From IMG/VR virus record IMGVR_UViG_3300046170_000302: a stretch of DNA of 64,000 nt. The stretch is one strand, 5' to 3'. A model generated the notes under the pieces. The model searched no databases, was not told the origin of the DNA, and was given only the letters and a program-made list of their open reading frames with translations. The position numbers were made by a program, and so were the translations under genes. Positions 36,703 through 46,943 of this stretch are shown piece by piece (position 1 is the stretch's first letter; every line of letters begins with the position of its first letter). This DNA is from a virus. Its lineage: Duplodnaviria > Caudoviricetes.

Positions 36703-37379
36703 TGTTTACACATAGTGATGTACCTTTCGTTCCCATTGAACGAGAGACGATTGATGGAGTTCGTTACTACAAAGTATTCGGAACAGAAGAACTAGTAAAG
36801 ATGCCTTCGATCACTTCTGTGATTAGTTGGAGAAATCGTAACAAGTTTAAAGCCTGGAGAAAGAAAGTTGGTGAGACTGTTGCCAACAACATTACTCGTA
36901 AGGCCACACATCGTGGCACTGATGCTCACACACTGATTGAAGAGTATCTGAATAACTCAGAGACATTCTCTGATGTTCTTCCTCTATCTCAGTTCCTATT
37001 CAAACAGGCTAAACCTGAACTGAATAAGATTGATAACATTCTTTGTCAAGAGACAGCACTTTACAGTACCCAACTTGGTATTGCTGGTAGTGTTGATTGT
37101 ATCGCTGAGTTTGATGGTGAGTTGGCAGTGATTGACTTTAAGACATCAGCTAAACCCAAACCACGGGAGTGGATTGAAGACTACTTTGTTCAGTGTGCAG
37201 CATACGCTTGTATGTTGTATGAGATGAAGGGTATAATGGTTAAGAAGTTTGTCATTATCATGACATGTGAAGACGGTGAATGTGTAGTCTATGAAGAACG
37301 AGACAAGAAAAAGTACATCAACCTTCTCTCCGAGTATATTAGAGAGTTTGTTGAATCTAAATTACAGGAATATGCTTAA
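36702..37379 (+). CDS. PD-(D/E)xK exonuclease (T4-like exonuclease A)
   Basis: PSITSVI, RGT..H, AGSVDC, IDFKTS, Q...YA. Confidence 0.85.
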   Translation: MFTHSDVPFVPIERETIDGVRYYKVFGTEELVKMPSITSVISWRNRNKFKAWRKKVGETVANNITRKATHRGTDAHTLIEEYLNNSETFSDVLPLSQFLFKQAKPELNKIDNILCQETALYSTQLGIAGSVDCIAEFDGELAVIDFKTSAKPKPREWIEDYFVQCAAYACMLYEMKGIMVKKFVIIMTCEDGECVVYEERDKKKYINLLSEYIREFVESKLQEYA

Positions 37380-37641
37380 TCCTGAAGAGAAGAAACTAAA
37401 CGAAATCTTTGAGAGCAAGTTCTATTGTCCTCAGAGATTTGCCGAAGAGATCGAGAAGTTAGTTCACAACTCAAAGGAGATGAAGTATGTTGATGCTATC
37501 ATTCACTTTTGTGAAGAGAACAACTTGGATGTAGAATCAGTTCCCAAACTGATATCCAAACCATTGAAAGAGAAGATCAAGGTGGAAGCCATGGAAAACA
37601 ATCTTCTCAAGCGTACATCACATGCTAAACTCCCATTATGA
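37372..37641 (+). CDS. gp33: Late promoter transcription co-activator gp33
   Basis: YVDAIIHFCEEN.LD.E...KLISKPLKEKI..EA. Confidence 0.85.
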   Translation: MLNPEEKKLNEIFESKFYCPQRFAEEIEKLVHNSKEMKYVDAIIHFCEENNLDVESVPKLISKPLKEKIKVEAMENNLLKRTSHAKLPL

Positions 37642-38243
37642 TTCCTAAAGTGACAGACTACGAAGTTTATAAAACATACCTTGGTATATCAAGACACTTT
37701 ACAAGTGAGTCTTATGACTATCAAAAGTATCAAGGTAAAGTGAGATGTAGTCTGAATAGCTTTTACAAAAACAAACAGAGGTTCTGGTTTGAGAAACTCT
37801 CTAGGAAGTATGATGATCAGGAGATAAAAGAATTATTCATCTCCAACTATGCCTTGTCTGATGATAACTCTAAGATTTGGATTGGTAACTTGGTAAGAGA
37901 AGGTGAGACTCTCTATCAAGAGTGGAAGAAGCAACAACAAAGTATGAGTTATCTTTTCAGAGAGGAGTGTGAAAAGATATTTGATGACAATAAGATTGAT
38001 GATGTATTTGATTGTGCCAAGGGACATCCTATCATCCTGAAGAAACACCTTAGTAAGGAAGTCTCTCTTGAAACTTTGATCATCTGTGATAGAATACTCT
38101 CATATAAGAACAGGTTTGATGGTTCTCTCAAAGATCCTGTATGGGAATCAGTGAGTATGAAGATGAAAAAGTACTCACCATTTATGAATATAGATACATT
38201 TAAGTACAAAAAGATTTTAAAAGAAGTTGTATTAGGAAGATGA
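37638..38243 (+). CDS. gp59: Helicase loader gp59
   Basis: YK.YL....HFT...YDY.KY.GK; position between gp33 and gp32. Confidence 0.85.
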   Translation: MIPKVTDYEVYKTYLGISRHFTSESYDYQKYQGKVRCSLNSFYKNKQRFWFEKLSRKYDDQEIKELFISNYALSDDNSKIWIGNLVREGETLYQEWKKQQQSMSYLFREECEKIFDDNKIDDVFDCAKGHPIILKKHLSKEVSLETLIICDRILSYKNRFDGSLKDPVWESVSMKMKKYSPFMNIDTFKYKKILKEVVLGR

Positions 38244-38573
38244 GTTTTTTCAATTCAGAGTTTGTTCAGGAAGAATTAAAAGAGATCTCTACCCTACAAG
38301 AAGAGATCTATGAGAAGATGTATGCCTTCTCTGATATGAATAAGGAAGATAAACTCTATCATGTTGAAGTATTGGAAAAACTTCTGACTAAACAAAGGAT
38401 CCTATATACTAGGATGAGTTTGTCTGATGATCCTGATGCAAAGAGCATGAAGGAAACTATCATGAGTCAAGCAGTAATGTTGGGGTTTCCCACCTAACAC
38501 AGACATTTCATATGTGTTTGCTAACATGACAGGTATTATTACCAACATGAAGAAGGCAATCGCTGAAAGTTAG
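38240..38573 (+). CDS. DUF1825-like cyanophage protein; frameshift near 38492
   Basis: MSFFNSEFVQEEL..I..LQ...; R.SLSDDP.A. Confidence 0.7.
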
Positions 38574-38647
38574 ACTATAATAATACTGGGCTGGACGATC
38601 CCTAAGCTAAGTCACACAAGCCAAATACAAAACATACGAGGTACAAA

Positions 38648-39595
38648 ATGGGTTTCGGAGACCTGAAGAAGCAGTCTTCTCTTGGTAGTCTTACTGCCAA
38701 ACTTGTTAAAGAAGTAGAGAAGCAAAATGGAGGTGGCCAAGGCGGAGCTGATGAACGCCTATGGAAACCAGTCATGGATAAGAGTGGTAACGGTTATGCC
38801 GTCATTCGATTCCTCCCAGCACCTGATGGAGAAGATCTCCCTTGGGCAAAGATGTTCTCTCATGCCTTCCAAGGAAACGGTGGATGGTATATCGAGAACT
38901 CACTCACCACTATCGGACAGAAAGACCCTCTGGGTGAACTGAACCGTGAACTGTGGAACAGTGGTAATGATTCTGATAAGGACACAGTTCGTAAACAGAA
39001 ACGTAAACTCTCCTTCTACGCCAACATTTATGTTGTCAAAGATCCTGCCAATCCTCAGAATGAGGGTGGAGTATTCCTCTACAAGTTCGGTAAGAAGATC
39101 TTTGATAAGATCATGGAAGCAATGCAACCTGAGTTTGAAGATGAAGAGGCAATCAATCCCTTCGACTTCTGGCAAGGAGCAAACTTCAAACTGAAACTGA
39201 AGAAGGTTGCTGGTTATTGGAACTATGATTCCAGTGAGTTCGCAAACGTTGGTCCACTCTTGGACGACGATGATGCTATGGAAGCCATCTGGAAGAAAGA
39301 GTATTCACTTTCTGCCTTGGTTGCACCAGATCAATTTAAATCCTATGATGATCTGAAGAAGCGTCTTGATAATGTATTAGGTACAACATCAACACGTCAA
39401 GCAGCACAAGAAACACAGTATGATAACTACCAAGCAACAGAACAGAAGCGAGTCACAGAAGAGGAGGTCATGCAGAAGCTTGAAGACTCTTATCAGGCAG
39501 CCAAATCAACACCCACTGCTAGTGTCAGCAATACTAGTGACGGAGATGACGAGGAAGATCCTATGAGTTACTTCTCTAAGTTGGCTGATAGTTAA
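38648..39595 (+). CDS. gp32: Single-stranded DNA-binding protein gp32
   Basis: GNGYAVIRFLP, YIENSLTT, NPFDFW.GANFKLK, acidic tail ending FSKLA. Confidence 0.95.
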   Translation: MGFGDLKKQSSLGSLTAKLVKEVEKQNGGGQGGADERLWKPVMDKSGNGYAVIRFLPAPDGEDLPWAKMFSHAFQGNGGWYIENSLTTIGQKDPLGELNRELWNSGNDSDKDTVRKQKRKLSFYANIYVVKDPANPQNEGGVFLYKFGKKIFDKIMEAMQPEFEDEEAINPFDFWQGANFKLKLKKVAGYWNYDSSEFANVGPLLDDDDAMEAIWKKEYSLSALVAPDQFKSYDDLKKRLDNVLGTTSTRQAAQETQYDNYQATEQKRVTEEEVMQKLEDSYQAAKSTPTASVSNTSDGDDEEDPMSYFSKLADS

Positions 39596-39620
39596 ACCAA
39601 AATCAACTATTGATTTCATT

Positions 39621-39668
39621 TACCTAGGATAAAAAATCCTGGGTATTTTTTTGCCCTATTACTTTTTT
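39621..39668. terminator. Terminator between convergent gp32 and gp53; includes a repeated dyad element
   Basis: TACCTAGGAT-AAAAA-ATCCTGGGTA followed by T7. Confidence 0.7.
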
Positions 39669-40341
39669 ACTGATACAATCTGATGTTGTCACCACGAGTA
39701 AGTGACCTGCCGATGTATTGAGTACTACCTTCCTTATATGGCATCAGTTCTTCAATATCATTAAGAATGACTGTAAGATACTCTGCTTTGAGTAGGAAGA
39801 TATTTGATTTATCTTCTCTGACCTTATCCTCATAGACAAGATTGGATACTTCACCTGTTATGTTATTTGCAATAACTTCCTCACCTATTCCACTATCAAA
39901 GTAAGTGATTGAGAAATCTTGTGGAACTTCTAATCCTTTGGGAACAATTACATTCTTTTTGGTATCAAGAACTTCTATTGTTTCATAGTGATGAACACCA
40001 TACATGTTTTCATAAGAACTATACTTATTCATCAGATAATTGTCATAGGAGACCTGATCCATAGGCCACTCTGTCTGAAGATTGATAATGTTATTGGAAA
40101 GCATTACCAACCAATCAAGATTGGAGTCTTCATACACCTTATAAGCTACAGAGTCAGGTCTCTCTTGACTTTTGATGGTATACTTACTGAACAATGTGAG
40201 ATCACCAAAGATTTCATCAGACAACTTTACTCTCTTGAAGAGGTTCTTTGTCTTAACATAATCATTAATAAGTTTTGAGTTAGGAAGACGACTTACATAG
40301 TCGAAATCTGGTACATGTTTGAAATAAGTTTTGCTAGCCAT
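39667..40341 (-). CDS. gp53: Baseplate wedge subunit gp53
   Basis: YF..VP, ERPD.VA..VY.DS.LDW.V.LSNNI, HHYET. Confidence 0.85.
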   Translation of the reverse strand: MASKTYFKHVPDFDYVSRLPNSKLINDYVKTKNLFKRVKLSDEIFGDLTLFSKYTIKSQERPDSVAYKVYEDSNLDWLVMLSNNIINLQTEWPMDQVSYDNYLMNKYSSYENMYGVHHYETIEVLDTKKNVIVPKGLEVPQDFSITYFDSGIGEEVIANNITGEVSNLVYEDKVREDKSNIFLLKAEYLTVILNDIEELMPYKEGSTQYIGRSLTRGDNIRLYQ

Positions 40342-41696
40342 TAGAATCCAGTGCCTCCTGCATTTTGTTGTTCGTCTGCGTAGATAGGAACGATTTCTTG
40401 GAACGTCATAGTTACGTCGTATCCAGTCATGGCACCATCTTGATATGTCATGTAACTATTATCTGGGGTATAGTTAACATTGAACCCTGATAACATACAA
40501 GGTTTCATCCTATTCATAAATGGGTGATCTTCTCCACCGTTGTGAATGTATTTGATAGTGAAGATGTTTGGAGTTTTTAGGAACATCTCTGTAGCTGACC
40601 TTTGGACAGCCATATTTCTTTTAAAGATTCTAATAATCTCTTTAACTGCTACTGATTCATCTTCAAATCTAGGTCTAAACTGAAAAGCGAAGTTAAAAGT
40701 TCTCAGGTTTGGTCCTTTGAATAATAACTCCATATTTGGATTGAGAACAGAACCTGTGGATCTAGTAAGAAGACCTGGAGCCTGTGCTGCTTGTCCAGCA
40801 AAATAAGCTATAATTTGAGTTCTGATTGCACTGTCTGCTTTTAAAAGATTATCTAATTCTTCTTTACTTTGACTAGCAAATGCACCCAAACCAGCAACCA
40901 TTCCTTCACCACTAGTTACATTAAGAGTCTTCAGTGCAATATTTCCAGCAGCTTGTTGAATCATATTCATACTATCACTACCAAAAGTAACAGAGTTAGA
41001 TTCTTCTCTTCCAGGTAACATTGGGAGACTGATAGTTTCTAATGCATTGCCTAGTCTTTCTGTTCCAGTTGAAGTTGTTAGATTCTCTAATCCACCAGCT
41101 TTATATTCATGAGCTGTGAATGTAACAAAATCATATCCAAGATCTGGAATCTGTCCCAGTGGATATCTTAGATTCTGTCCAGGAACAGAACCAATAGGTT
41201 TTTCTGCTATTGGTTTTAATTCAAAACTATCACTATCTTCTTCTTCTCCTTGATTTTTATCAGGATCCTCTACATTAATGCCCTGACTATTATTCTTAAG
41301 ACCTGTTTCTGGATTAAACACTCCAGGTATTCCATTCTCAGAAAAAGATACTTTATTTCTTACAGCTTGTGATACACCAGTATAGTTTTCATCGTTATTT
41401 AGAACGGCAGCTCTATCATTGTTGAATAACTTTGTTCCTTCTGTAAAAAACTTTTTATTAAAATCTTCTGGTTTAAGATCAGGTTTACCCTGAGTTCTCT
41501 GTTTGTTATTATATCTGCGACGAAATCCTGCTTGATCATTGTAAGACCACTTTCCTTTTCCATCACCAGTCGCTAAAAGATCTCCCTGAGTTCCAAGAAA
41601 GGAACCAGATCTAAGTTCGATAACACCAGTGTCGGTATCAGTGGTTTCTTCTACTGGTAGACCATTCCAAACTCTAGTGGTCTTAACTTTGGCCAT
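40341..41696 (-). CDS. gp48: Baseplate tail-tube cap gp48
   Basis: NPNMELLFKGP.LR.F.F.F.F.PR; C.L....VNYTP. Confidence 0.85.
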   Translation of the reverse strand: MAKVKTTRVWNGLPVEETTDTDTGVIELRSGSFLGTQGDLLATGDGKGKWSYNDQAGFRRRYNNKQRTQGKPDLKPEDFNKKFFTEGTKLFNNDRAAVLNNDENYTGVSQAVRNKVSFSENGIPGVFNPETGLKNNSQGINVEDPDKNQGEEEDSDSFELKPIAEKPIGSVPGQNLRYPLGQIPDLGYDFVTFTAHEYKAGGLENLTTSTGTERLGNALETISLPMLPGREESNSVTFGSDSMNMIQQAAGNIALKTLNVTSGEGMVAGLGAFASQSKEELDNLLKADSAIRTQIIAYFAGQAAQAPGLLTRSTGSVLNPNMELLFKGPNLRTFNFAFQFRPRFEDESVAVKEIIRIFKRNMAVQRSATEMFLKTPNIFTIKYIHNGGEDHPFMNRMKPCMLSGFNVNYTPDNSYMTYQDGAMTGYDVTMTFQEIVPIYADEQQNAGGTGF

Positions 41697-41708
41697 TTGG
41701 ATTATACC

Positions 41709-42104
41709 TTACGAGTTATTTATCTTGTAGTTTTGATATGGAATACTTCTCAGGTCTTCCAACTCTGATGGATACACTAGGTATGGGTTAGTAACTAGCT
41801 CTTCCCAAGTATAATTACGATAGTCTCCCCAGTGATAGTTGATACCTGAGAACCCCCACTGATATACACCAGTACAAGCTATGAGAGGATTTGAATCATA
41901 TTCAATCCTAGGTGTCTTTGGTTTATAGGAGAAGGTGTAGTATGCACCAACCTGTGGTATTGGTGCAGGTGTATCAGTAAGAAGAGTGAGGATAGCTTCC
42001 ATCATTCTGTCAGATTCTCTTAAAATTCTGACATCATCTACGAGGCCGTTTATTCGACTGTCTTCTCCGTTGTACTCCTCCAGATCCAGTGCGTCTACTA
42101 TCAT
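41709..42104 (-). CDS. gp2-like (DNA end protector-related) protein
   Basis: G.YY.F.Y.PK...YD..PLI...GF.G.N.H. Confidence 0.55.
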   Translation of the reverse strand: MIVDALDLEEYNGEDSRINGLVDDVRILRESDRMMEAILTLLTDTPAPIPQVGAYYTFSYKPKTPRIEYDSNPLIACTGVYQWGFSGINYHWGDYRNYTWEELVTNPYLVYPSELEDLRSIPYQNYKINNS

Positions 42105-42549
42105 GTTGTTTGATACCTAACTCATCCTCTGTGATGATTCTAAATTCAATACCATTATCTTTAGCAAACTCTGTAGCTGCTGCCCACTTAGCCATATTCT
42201 TTTCATACATTGAAGCTTCATAAAGAAATGATTTAGTAACACGAACACCTGGTTTGGGTGGTTGTGTTTGTTTCTTTGGTTTAACTTCTATAATTTGTTT
42301 CTTTACCTTACCAGATGAATCACGAAACTCAATCAGATAGTCTGGATAATATCTATGTAATCTTCCATCTACTGGTGAGATGTAAGGGATACTAAACTCT
42401 TCTGAAGCCCACCTAAGTATGTTGGGATTGGTATCACACCACTTACAAAACACCCTTTCCCATGAGGAACGACAGATGATGTTATTGGGATTGCCTTGAT
42501 ACTTCTCAGGGTGAGAAGGTTTATACTTTGACTTTACGAATTGTCCCAA
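42034..42549 (-). CDS. gp4: Head completion nuclease gp4
   Basis: P.KY.G....I..RSSWE..F..WCD.NP....W.SEE, YYPD, IEVKP. Confidence 0.9.
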   Translation of the reverse strand: MGQFVKSKYKPSHPEKYQGNPNNIICRSSWERVFCKWCDTNPNILRWASEEFSIPYISPVDGRLHRYYPDYLIEFRDSSGKVKKQIIEVKPKKQTQPPKPGVRVTKSFLYEASMYEKNMAKWAAATEFAKDNGIEFRIITEDELGIKQHDSRRTGSGGVQRRRQSNKRPRR

Positions 42550-42589
42550 AACTCATATACATAGTAATAGTAATCAAGTATATTTATAG

Positions 42590-43300
42590 ATGGCTATCGG
42601 ACCCATCAAAACATCAGATCTGAAGAGTCGTATACTTCAACTTGCTCAGACATCCGTATATCAAATCAAGTTAGCACCTCCTGATGCTGTTAAGACACAC
42701 CTTAACTTGAATGGATTTAATTATGATAATGATGGTGAGAATATAGAACTATTATGTAATAGTGCTGTTTTACCTGGAACTAGTTTATCAACACATGAAG
42801 TGATCGGTGATTATCAAGGTGTTCGTGAGAGGATGGCCTATCGCCGTCAGTATGATGATACAGTTGATCTAACATTCTATGTTGATCATGACTACAAAGT
42901 TGTAGATTTCTTCAATGGTTGGATTGATTATATTTCTGGGCAAGGGAATGGTCAGAGACTAAGTAATGTTAATGCAAGGAAGTTTGGAGCAAACTACAGG
43001 ATGAATTATCCTGCTAGCTACAAAACTAATATGTATATTGTCAAGTTCGAAAAAGATGTATCGACAGTTCAACGAGTATTTGAATCTGATCCCACATCAT
43101 ATCAACTAACATATACACTAGTCAATTCCTTTCCAATTAACATCATTAGTACTCCTATTTCATATGAGGGAAGTCAGGTTCTCAAGTTTTCAGTATCAAT
43201 GAGTATGCAGAGATATACAATTGATAAATCTCAAATTATCGGTAGAGACGATTCACTTCTATCAGGAACAACCCTAGGAACAAGTGGCAATATTGCCTGA
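42590..43300 (+). CDS. Tail-tube-like baseplate protein (gp54/gp19-like)
   Basis: LLC.S..LPG, YRR.YD...LTFYVD, F..W.DYI. Confidence 0.75.
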   Translation: MAIGPIKTSDLKSRILQLAQTSVYQIKLAPPDAVKTHLNLNGFNYDNDGENIELLCNSAVLPGTSLSTHEVIGDYQGVRERMAYRRQYDDTVDLTFYVDHDYKVVDFFNGWIDYISGQGNGQRLSNVNARKFGANYRMNYPASYKTNMYIVKFEKDVSTVQRVFESDPTSYQLTYTLVNSFPINIISTPISYEGSQVLKFSVSMSMQRYTIDKSQIIGRDDSLLSGTTLGTSGNIA

Positions 43301-43331
43301 TAAATATACACACTGAGGTTTTTAGAATATT

Positions 43332-44052
43332 ATGCCTTTACCAAAAATTGCAACACCCACCTATGAGTTGGTGTTACCTTCCACAAAAAAAACTATTAGC
43401 TATCGTCCTTTCCTTGTGAAGGAAGAGAAACTTCTTGTTCTTGCTTTAGAAAGTGAAGATAGTAAACAGATCACAACCGCAGTTAAGGCTGTAATTAAAA
43501 ATTGTGTGACAACAAGAGGTGTAAAAGTAGATCAACTACCTACATTTGATATTGAGTATCTGTTCCTCAACATTCGTGGCAAATCTGTTGGAGAAGAAGT
43601 AGAAGTCAACATCACTGCCCCTGATGATGGTGAGACACAAATTCCTATCACTATTTCTCTTGATGAGATTAAAGTTGTAGAGAGTGAAGATCACAACAAA
43701 CAGATCAAACTTGATGATGAGTTGATGATGGAGATGAGGTATCCTTCATTGGATCAGTTCATTAAGAACAACTTCTCTGATACCGATGAGTTGAATATTG
43801 AGAAATCATTTGAACTGGTGGCAAGTTGTATTGATAAGATCTACAATGAAGATGAAGTATGGTCTACTTCTGACTGTACTAAGAAAGAAGTTGTCGAATT
43901 CCTTGAGGGTATGAACTCAATTCAATTTAAACAAATTGAGAAATTCTTTGAGACAATGCCTAAACTTTCACATACAGTTGAGGTAGTCAATCCTAAAACT
44001 AAAGAGAAGAGTACTATCGTATTAGAAGGGTCTCTCAAGTTTTTTCGCGTAG
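43332..44052 (+). CDS. gp26: Baseplate hub subunit gp26; extra base near 44026 fuses it to gp51 in the track
   Basis: MPLPKI.TPTYEL, RPFLVKEEK, FD.EY.FL.IR.KS; restored end LEGLSSFFA*. Confidence 0.88.
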
Positions 44053-44054
44053 CC

Positions 44055-44228
44055 ATGATCCACATGGATCTTGAGGCTTATTTTAAACTCAACTTCGCTT
44101 TGATGCAGTACCATAAATACTCATTGACAGAGATTGAAAATATGATGCCTTGGGAGCGTGATGTTTATGTCGCACTTCTCCAACAACACCTTGAGGAAGA
44201 AGAAGAAAAGGCTAAACAGAGGAGTTAA
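44055..44228 (+). CDS. gp51: Baseplate hub assembly catalyst gp51
   Basis: YFKLNFALMQYHKYSLTEIENMMPWERDVY. Confidence 0.88.
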   Translation: MIHMDLEAYFKLNFALMQYHKYSLTEIENMMPWERDVYVALLQQHLEEEEEKAKQRS

Positions 44229-46943
44229 TGGCTTTAACAATCTACGAAGGAATTAAAGATGATCAACAAGTCGATGAGAATATCGATGAGGAGATCCTTC
44301 GCCTTCTTGGATTGGAAGATGTAAGTGACTTAGATTATGATGAATATAAAACTCTTCTGAAGGAGAGGATGGCTGCCGGTAGAATGCCAGGTAATGATAT
44401 CCCTACAGAAGATACAGAAAGACTTACGGAAGAATTCAAAAGAGTAAAGAAAGAGACTGGTAGATTTAAGGTAAAGAATAATAAGATCAAGTTTGATTCC
44501 GTAATTAAAGCAACAGAAAAAACAAGACCAGTATCTAATCCTACCAAGACATTGATGGGTAGTGATGTAGAACCTGAAGAAAAAGAAACTGAAGTTGAAG
44601 GTGAACCACAAGAAATGATGGGGTTTCTCACCGCAGTGGTGGCACCTAGTCTCTCAAAGATTGAAACAAGTCTTTTTAATATTCTTTCAAATCTAAGTAG
44701 TCAGCAACAAGCAGAAGATAAAGCCTCAGAAAAGGGTAGAGTTGCTGGTCAGAAGGCAAAGAAAAGAGATAAGGAAGAGAAACAAGAGTCAGGAAAAGGT
44801 CTCTTAGATGGTTTGGGAAATATAGGCAAGAAAGTTTTATCACCTCTATCTGGTCTTTTTAGTTCCATCTTTAAGTTTCTTTATAATATTGTTCTTGGTA
44901 TGTTGGCACTTGGGGTGCTTGAGTTCCTGAAAGATCCTGGTAAGATATTCAGAGATATTGGTAATTCAATTATTGATTTCTTCAATGGGTTTATAAAAAG
45001 TATATTTGATATTATATTTTTCCCCTATGAATACCTTTATCAACTTATTAAATGGTTCTATCAATGAATTTGAGTTTGCTATAAACAGTACTATAGGTAA
45101 GATACCTGGTATTCCTGATCTCAAACTTCCAGACATTCCAAATATAGAAGCCCCACAGATACCTAGGATTGAACCTCCCCCAGAGAAGACTGAAAAACCA
45201 AAAGATCCTGCTGCAAAAGTACCTATTCCTGCAACTGCCATGGCAGGTGGTGGCGAAGTTACTAATGTCACCAATAATAATACTACCAATAATAATATTA
45301 TTGATGGTAATAGTGGGGCTACTAATAAGTATTACCAACTTATGGAAGGCGGTGGTAAAGTTAGAACTGATAGTGGAGAGAAGGTTACAGGTGCTGGTCC
45401 TGATACACAACTGGTAGCACTCCAACCTGGTGAATCAGTTATGCAGGTAGGTGCAAGAGAAAGACAGATAGAATCTACTGGTATTGATCCATTATCATTT
45501 AATGTTGGACCTAATGCCAATAAACCTAAGATGGCAAAGGTTCAGAGTGCCTCTGGTGGAGGGTTGATTCCTGCTATGTCTGGTGGTGGTTATGTTGGAG
45601 CGAGTAATGTTGTTGACACTGGATATCAAGACTACAAAGGTAGGCCAGTTATGTTGGCACCACCTGCAGCATCTGCATTCAAACAGATGGTTAGTGATGG
45701 AATGCCATACAATCCTGCTGATGTCGCAAATGTTTATAGAGACAAAGCTGAGTACAATAGATTAAAAAGTCAAGGATATAGTCCAGCTTCAAATAGTTTC
45801 CACAACCATGGTGAAGCTGCTGATATTCATGGTGCAATGAACACCTGGATTAGAAAAAATGGTGCTAAGTATGGGTGGAGAGCTAATGATTATAGTGGAT
45901 CACATGGTGGTCACTTTGAATACAAAGGTGGTGGTAAAACTCAAGTAGATCCTCAAGAGACTGTAACAGGTAAACCTAAATCATCTAGTGGTGGAGGAGG
46001 AAGTAACAAAGGAAGATGGGGTCCTATTCTTGACCTAATCGCTGAGGGGGAATCAGATACATCTGGTGGATATGATGCTATGAATCCTGGTAGAAATACA
46101 AAAGCTGAGGGCAAACCAATCACTCAGATGACTATGAAACAGGTCAGAGATATGGCTATGAGTTCTACCAAGGGAACAGGTGCAGCTGGTAGGTATCAAA
46201 TTATGCCAGTATATAATGGTGTGAATGTATTCAAACAACTAGTAGAGTCTGTTGGTCTAAACTATGAGACAGATTTATTCTCACCTGCAAATCAGGACAA
46301 GATGGGAATCTATCGTTTAGCAGTGACCAGAGGAGGAAATGATTGGTTATCTGGTAAGATGTCAGATGAAGCTTTTGGTAAAGGAATATCTTATGAGTGG
46401 GCAGCACTCAAGAGTAAGTCTGGTGGTGCCTATGATGGTGATGGTAGAAATAAATCTACCATTGGATATAATAGAGTACTCAAAGCAATGGGTGATGTAA
46501 AGAGTGGTAAGGGTGTTAGTACAGAAGATTTGAGAACTCCAAATCAGACACCTGGATCTTCTGGACTACCTCAAGTAAGTACAAGTTCTTCAACACCTGC
46601 GCCCGCACTGGACTTTTCACCCATTGCTGAGATGGCAGGAACACCTGGTGTTAATAATCAATCATCAGGACCAAGTACCTCAGACCTGACTGTTCCAAGT
46701 ATGACACCTGGCAGTTCTTCACTACCGATAGTGTCACCTAAAGTAAAACCATCATCAAGATCTAACATACAACCACCCAAGTCTCGAACTGGATCAGGTG
46801 GTATTGTTCCTCTACCTATACCAGGACAAAAACAACCAACTTCTAGTTCTGGTGGAAACCAAACAGATGCACCCATGTTCTCATCAACAGATCAGAATAA
46901 TCCAGAGTTGTTGGTCATCAAATCCATTTATAATATCGTATAA
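44228..46943 (+). CDS. Large tail-associated protein with M15 peptidase and lysozyme-like domains; frameshift near 45025
   Basis: SFHNHGEAADI...GGHFEY; LIAEGES...AAGRYQIMP...FSPANQD. Confidence 0.7.

Noticed and set aside
38582-38647. T4-style gp32 autoregulatory pseudoknot
   Set aside because: Only 3-4 bp stems can be drawn. The A/C-rich leader is compatible with autoregulation but does not support a structure.
43332-44228. Natural gp26-gp51 fusion
   Set aside because: Removing one G near 44026 restores the usual LEGLSSFFA* end and a separate gp51 ATG.
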